DNA of 64,000 nt, from contig OZ024740.1 of assembly GCA_964016885.1 (NCBI GenBank), positions 176,328,001 through 176,392,000 of the forward strand, given 5' to 3'. This stretch comes from Eledone cirrhosa. Its lineage: Eukaryota. Below, piece after piece: positions 57,116-64,000 of this stretch (positions are counted from its first letter, which is position 1; each line of letters opens with the position of its first letter). The position numbers and the translations under genes are program-made. The notes beneath the pieces were generated by a model, which was not told the origin of the DNA, did no database searches, and worked only from the letters and a program-made list of their open reading frames with translations.

Positions 57116-57155
<40 letters not shown>

Positions 57156-57272
57156 AACGAGTAGGACCCCAACGGCTGAGCTCAAGCCGTTTCGACGGCT
57201 AATTCTGGACTACTAAGTATTGAGTACTTTGGTGCGTTATGGTCCACCTGGTTCCTTACCACATTTCCTTCG

Positions 57273-57304
<32 letters not shown>

Positions 57305-57586
57305 CTCACATATATATATATATATACTAACTCACCTATATATATATATACGTTTGAATATGTGTAATAAAGCCAAAACAATGCAGGTATGGACATAGAA
57401 AATAATGCAATTGTAAAAGATATTGTTGACAATTCGTCCTTTACCTTAGATTTATTTAAATGTCCTTAATTTTCGAGATAATATCTCTTCTTCAGAGGGA
57501 AATAAAGGTCTCAAACCAGCGTTCTAAATATCTTGCCAAGCCATGCTGACAGGAAATAGTATAGAGTATCTGTTCTATAACCTCCT

Positions 57587-57651
<65 letters not shown>

Positions 57652-57683
57652 TATATAAATATATATACATATATATATATATG

Positions 57684-57730
<47 letters not shown>

Positions 57731-57822
57731 GTATATATATGTATATATATGTATAAATATATATATATATGTATGTATATGTATATATATATATGTATAA
57801 ATATATATGTATATATATGTAT

Positions 57823-57930
57823 ATAAATTAATAAAGTAATGAATAAACAAAGAAAGAGTTCCTTATATTAAAAAAAAATGTTTAATATAAGGAACTGTTT
57901 CTTTGTTTATTCATTACTTTATTAATTTAT
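57823..57930. repeat. Inverted repeat (~50-bp arms), probably the inverted end of a Penelope-like element
   Basis: ataaattaataaagtaatgaataaacaaagaaa... and its reverse complement; hammerhead-like CTGAAGA..GAAA on the minus strand at ~57465-57498. Confidence 0.75.
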
Positions 57931-58061
57931 CTTGACGCTGTTTTCCGTTAATTTTCACCGAAAATAGTTTTTGAATGCATCTTCTCTTTTCATGATATCC
58001 GGATTACATTGAGTTCTTCATACGGATTGGACACTACCGGAAATTTTTGGTAGATTTATCT

Positions 58062-59662
<1,601 letters not shown>

Positions 59663-59719
59663 TTTCGTTTCTGAATTTGTTTAGCAAGATTCTTTATCTG
59701 AAATCCTGTGTTGAAACCG

Positions 59720-60737
59720 ATATTGTTATACTTTGGGAGGGTCATGTTGCCAATAAGGAACACACGCACCATTTGCTTTCACTTCAATTTATTATAATAA
59801 ATTTATATATTTAGGAATTTATAAATTTAAGAATTTATAAATTTCTGGTTGGGTGGTTGGTTCCACAACCAGATAGTTGTTTATATATATTGTCAAAGTT
59901 CTTTCGTCACACATTCTGTGACCTCTTCAGTGACTGGGGATTCTTTTCTTTGTTTTTGTGCCTCTCCTTTGTTCTGTCCTACGTCATTTTGTTTCTGTGT
60001 GTGTGTTGTGTGCTCAGTCTGCGCATGCGCCACATCCGGGTGTCTGTGTGTGTTTATATTTGTTTATTTATTTGTTTATTTACATGTTACCGGTTGGTTG
60101 TTTGTTCTATGTGTGTGTGTGTTTTCATTTTGTCCTTAATTGTAAGTTGTGATGTTGCTGTTCCACTCATATTTTCTATTTAATTTTGGTTGTAATTCTT
60201 TTATGTTTATTGCCTCTGTGATTTGTCTAAACATTGCGTCTTTTCTGTGTGTAGATTCTATTTTTATTTCTATGTTCTCTAATTTACCCTTATGTTCTAT
60301 TTTAACATGTTGGTAGAGTACAGATGATTCTTTACTATCTTGAAGGTCTCGCCAGTGTTCATTTATCCGTTCCACTACACTATGAGCTGTCTCACCTATG
60401 TACACTATATTTTTTGTCTCTACATTGTCCTTCAGTACATCTTATGCTATACACTACATCTCTAGTTTTACAGTTAATATGGGGGCTTATTTTACAGGTT
60501 ATACATTTCTTATCTATACAGAATATAAAAGAATCCTCAGTCACTGAAGAGGTCACAGAATGTGTGACGAAAGAACTTTGACAATATATATAAACAACTA
60601 TCTGGTTGTGGAACCAACCAACCAACCAGAAATTTATAAATTCCTAAATTTATAAATTTATTATAATAAATTGAAGTGAAAGCAACTGGTGCGTGTGTTT
60701 CTTATTGGCAACATGACCCTCCCAAAGTATAACAATA

Positions 60738-60740
<3 letters not shown>
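59720..60740 (-). mobile_element. 5'-truncated Penelope-like element (GIY-YIG end) with inverted pLTRs
   Basis: CITC...NCKTRDVVYSIRC...YIGET...ERINEH...EAINIKELQPKLNR; 59720-59945 is the reverse complement of ~60530-60740. Confidence 0.88.
60540..60582 (+). ncRNA. Hammerhead ribozyme motif (inverted copy at 59892-59934, minus strand)
   Basis: GTCA-CTGAAGA-G-GTCAC/GTGAC-GAAA-GAACTT-TGAC: stems I and II plus a canonical core. Confidence 0.65.
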
Positions 60741-60792
<52 letters not shown>

Positions 60793-60796
60793 GTGT

Positions 60797-62252
60797 GTAT
60801 ATATAGATATATGTATACTCTTTTACTCTTTTACCTGTTTCAGCCATCCGGCTGAGGCCATGCTGGGGCACCGCCCTTGTTGCTACGCATTTTATCTCCA
60901 GCCTGTATAGGTTGGCCACTGGTGTAAGAGGGAGTTTGTTGCTGCTGCCCTTAGGTTTCCCTCGTGTCTTGCTGTTGGCTCATCCGGGATCCTGGATAAC
61001 AAGGTGTCGAGATGTTTCTTAAAGACATCCACCTCCTAGTAATGCAAGTCTCTGAGATCCCTCGGCAGCCTGTCGATGAGTTGAGGGCCCCTGAATCCCA
61101 GGCTATTGCAATACCTTCTCCTTATTCTAGATGTAGAAGACGGGACCTTTGGCACCACACAGTGACGTCCTGTTCGATGGTTGGTCCAGCTCCCAATGCT
61201 AAAGTTTGGTGCTAGTCCCTCCAGGATTTTCCACATGTAGATCACTGCGTATCTCTCCCGTCTTCGCTCCAAGAAGTAGAGGTTCAGTTCCTTTAGCCTC
61301 TCCCAGTAGCTTGTCTCCCTCATCTTGGCAATCCTCTTGGTGTAGCTTCGCTGGATTGCCTCAAGCTCCGTGGTTAGTCTGACACTATGGGGTGACCACA
61401 ACTGGGAGCAGTAGTCCAGCCGGCTTAGGACAAAAGTCCTCCACAGTGTCAACATGGTGTCTCGATCTCTTGTCCGGAAAGTCCTCAAGATCCAGCCAGC
61501 GAGTCGTCTGCACATTGTCGCCACCTTCATGATGTGTGAAGAAAAAGATGCATCATCGCTCATGTCTATGCCCAGGTCTCGTATCGATTTTGACACGGGG
61601 ATATCGGTCCCACCTGGTCCTGTGTAGCTGTGTTCCACTATATTTGTGTTTGCAGGTTTGTATTGTAGGGCTTGGAATTTGCCAGCATTAAACTGCATGT
61701 TGTTTTCTCCCGCCCATTTGTATATGGCATCCAGATCCTGCTGTAAAAGGGCAGCGTCAGTCGGGTTTTTGATTGCCTGTGCTACCTTAGTGTCATCAGC
61801 ATAGCTAGTGAGGGATGTTGTTGCATGCACCACAGATGGCATGTCCGAGAGGGCCACCAAAAACAGTAGTGGTCCCAGGACTGTCCCCTGGAGCACCCCA
61901 CTTGTTATTGGTGTTTCCCTCGAGAGGGCCCCATTTGCTGCGACTGCCTGGCTTCTGTCCCTTAGGAAGCGATGCAGCCACTCACCTACTTCTCCAGTTA
62001 TGCCGTGTCCGTGTAGTTTGTGACATATCATTCCGTGGTCGACCTTGTCAAAGGCCTTCGCAAAGTCAAGATATATCACGTCCACATGTGAGCTGTCTAG
62101 TAGTTGTCTCAGTACCCAGTCATAGTGATGTAGCAGCTGTGTAAGGCAGCTTCTTCCTGGGCAGAAGCCATGTTGCGTGATAGTCAGGCGGTCATTTTCC
62201 TCGAGGAAAGTGATTAGTTTCTTTCTGACGACTCGCTCCATGACCTTACTGA
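60797..62252 (-). mobile_element. 5'-truncated CR1/L2-group LINE (RT plus 3' UTR with gtaaaaga repeat tail)
   Basis: ORF 61036-62265 has [28 protein letters not shown] and SRLDYCSQLWSP; the tail reads ggcggtgccccagcatggcc...gtaaaagagtaaaagag on the minus strand. Confidence 0.92.
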
Positions 62253-62623
62253 TATGTTTATACACACGATATGGCTTTTGATAATAATAGCACTAAACAC
62301 TGTTTTTTAGACCCCTTTAGAAATATCCTGCTACTATAATAGCCCCAATATCTTGTCTATAATTCTGTACTACATTGACACCTTTAACTAAATTTTGTCC
62401 AAACAACACCACTAGAAGATTTTACAACCCCCGCCAACCCTAACACGCCTCATTTAGCTAACTGCTGCCAAAACATTTTCTTCTATACAATCTCTACTAC
62501 TCTGACAGTCTTGAATCCTAAGACTACCTCCCCGTTACTCGCTTCCCTCTTCCTCTTCCCTTCCTACCTCCTACTTTCTCACATATCTAGTGTATAAAAT
62601 CTTCTCCTATCATTCTACCATAA

Positions 62624-62740
62624 AGGTCTGACGACATGGTGTGTTCTCTTACAGTGTACCTACGATTTATGATAATATTTTTATATTATACAAATAGCGA
62701 GGTATAGGTAACCCACACACTATAGAAACAATTGTTACCT
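62624..62740 (+). ncRNA. Type-I hammerhead-like motif with enlarged loop II
   Basis: AGGT-CTGACGA-CATGGTGTG...CACACTATA-GAAA-CAATTG-TT-ACCT. Confidence 0.55.
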
Positions 62741-62828
62741 AGTAATTTCTTTATACCCGCATTTCCGTTTCATAAACTTCTTCTTCATATATGTATATAT
62801 ATATGGATATATATATATATATATATAT

Positions 62829-62870
<42 letters not shown>

Positions 62871-62873
<3 letters not shown>

Positions 62874-63084
62874 TGTGAGAAAAACCACAGACCCTCCATC
62901 TCAACTCACCTTTTGAAAAGCAGAAGAACTGCGAAACCGGTAAAGGAACCAAATAAATATATATATTTAAAAAAAAAATAAGACTTCAGTTGCATTTTCG
63001 ATTTCATCCCTTTTTCTTTATACTTCCACTCGTGTAGGACACCTCGGTTATTTTTCAGTTTGTAAAAAAAACCTCACTTTCTAA
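62871..63084 (+). mobile_element. Solo pLTR/3' end of the same Penelope family as 36966-41869
   Basis: Reverse complement of ~36966-37170, including the hammerhead-like motif. Confidence 0.85.
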
Positions 63085-63100
63085 TATATATATATATATA

Positions 63101-63131
<31 letters not shown>

Positions 63132-63150
63132 GGATATATATATATATATA

Positions 63151-63181
<31 letters not shown>

Positions 63182-63204
63182 GGATATATATATATGTATA
63201 TATA

Positions 63205-63235
<31 letters not shown>

Positions 63236-63436
63236 GGATATATATATATATATATATGTATATATATGGATATATATATATATGTATATATATGGATATA
63301 TATATATATGTATATATATGGATATATATATATATGTATATATATGGATATATATATATATATATGGATATATATGGATATATATATATATATATATGTA
63401 TATATATGGATATATATATATATATGTATATATATG

Positions 63437-63467
<31 letters not shown>

Positions 63468-63518
63468 GGATTATATATATATATGTATATATATGTATAT
63501 ATATATGTATATATATGG

Positions 63519-63616
<98 letters not shown>

Positions 63617-63683
63617 GGATATATATATATATGTATATATATGGATATATATGTATATATATGGATATATATATATATGTATA

Positions 63684-63724
<41 letters not shown>

Positions 63725-63731
63725 GGATATA

Positions 63732-63764
<33 letters not shown>

Positions 63765-63810
63765 GTATATATATATATGTATGTATACATATATATGTGT
63801 ATATATATGG

Positions 63811-63842
<32 letters not shown>

Positions 63843-63910
63843 GGATATATATATATATATGGATATATATATATATATATATGTATATATATGGATATAT
63901 ATATATATAT

Positions 63911-63950
<40 letters not shown>

Positions 63951-64000
63951 GTATATATGTATATATGTATATATATATATGTATATATATATGTATGTAT
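63085..64000. repeat. (TA)n microsatellite with recurring TGGA/TG interruptions
   Basis: Direct inspection. Confidence 0.98.

Overview
AT-rich, repeat-dense eukaryotic DNA, probably cephalopod (Octopus-like). That assignment is inferred from the SINE family, the LINE 3' tail and the (TA)n/(CATA)n microsatellite load. Bases 1 to about 27.9 kb form a tandem array of a ~1.86-kb unit made of two diverged ~0.9-kb monomers (A and B). Nearly every monomer carries a 39-nt, stop-free segment flanked by a pyrimidine tract-AG and CAG|GTGATA. About 140 nt upstream of it lies a conserved 9-nt AG|ATACTGAAG|GTGAGA segment. The array therefore looks like the expanding body of a micro-exon gene encoding alternating 13-aa peptides ([13 protein letters not shown] / [13 protein letters not shown], possibly joined by DTE). 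Older diverged copies lie at 32.9, 34.7 and 52.9 kb. A full-length, intact CR1/L2-group LINE sits inside the array, with a PHD-like ORF1, an APE-RT ORF2 and a G_GGA_AAC slippery site at the junction. The rest of the window is mostly transposon remains: SINEs, Penelope-like elements with hammerhead-ribozyme motifs, RTE, CRE and CR1/L2-group fragments, a Helitron, long hairpins and microsatellites. All calls were made by eye, with no database or transcript evidence.
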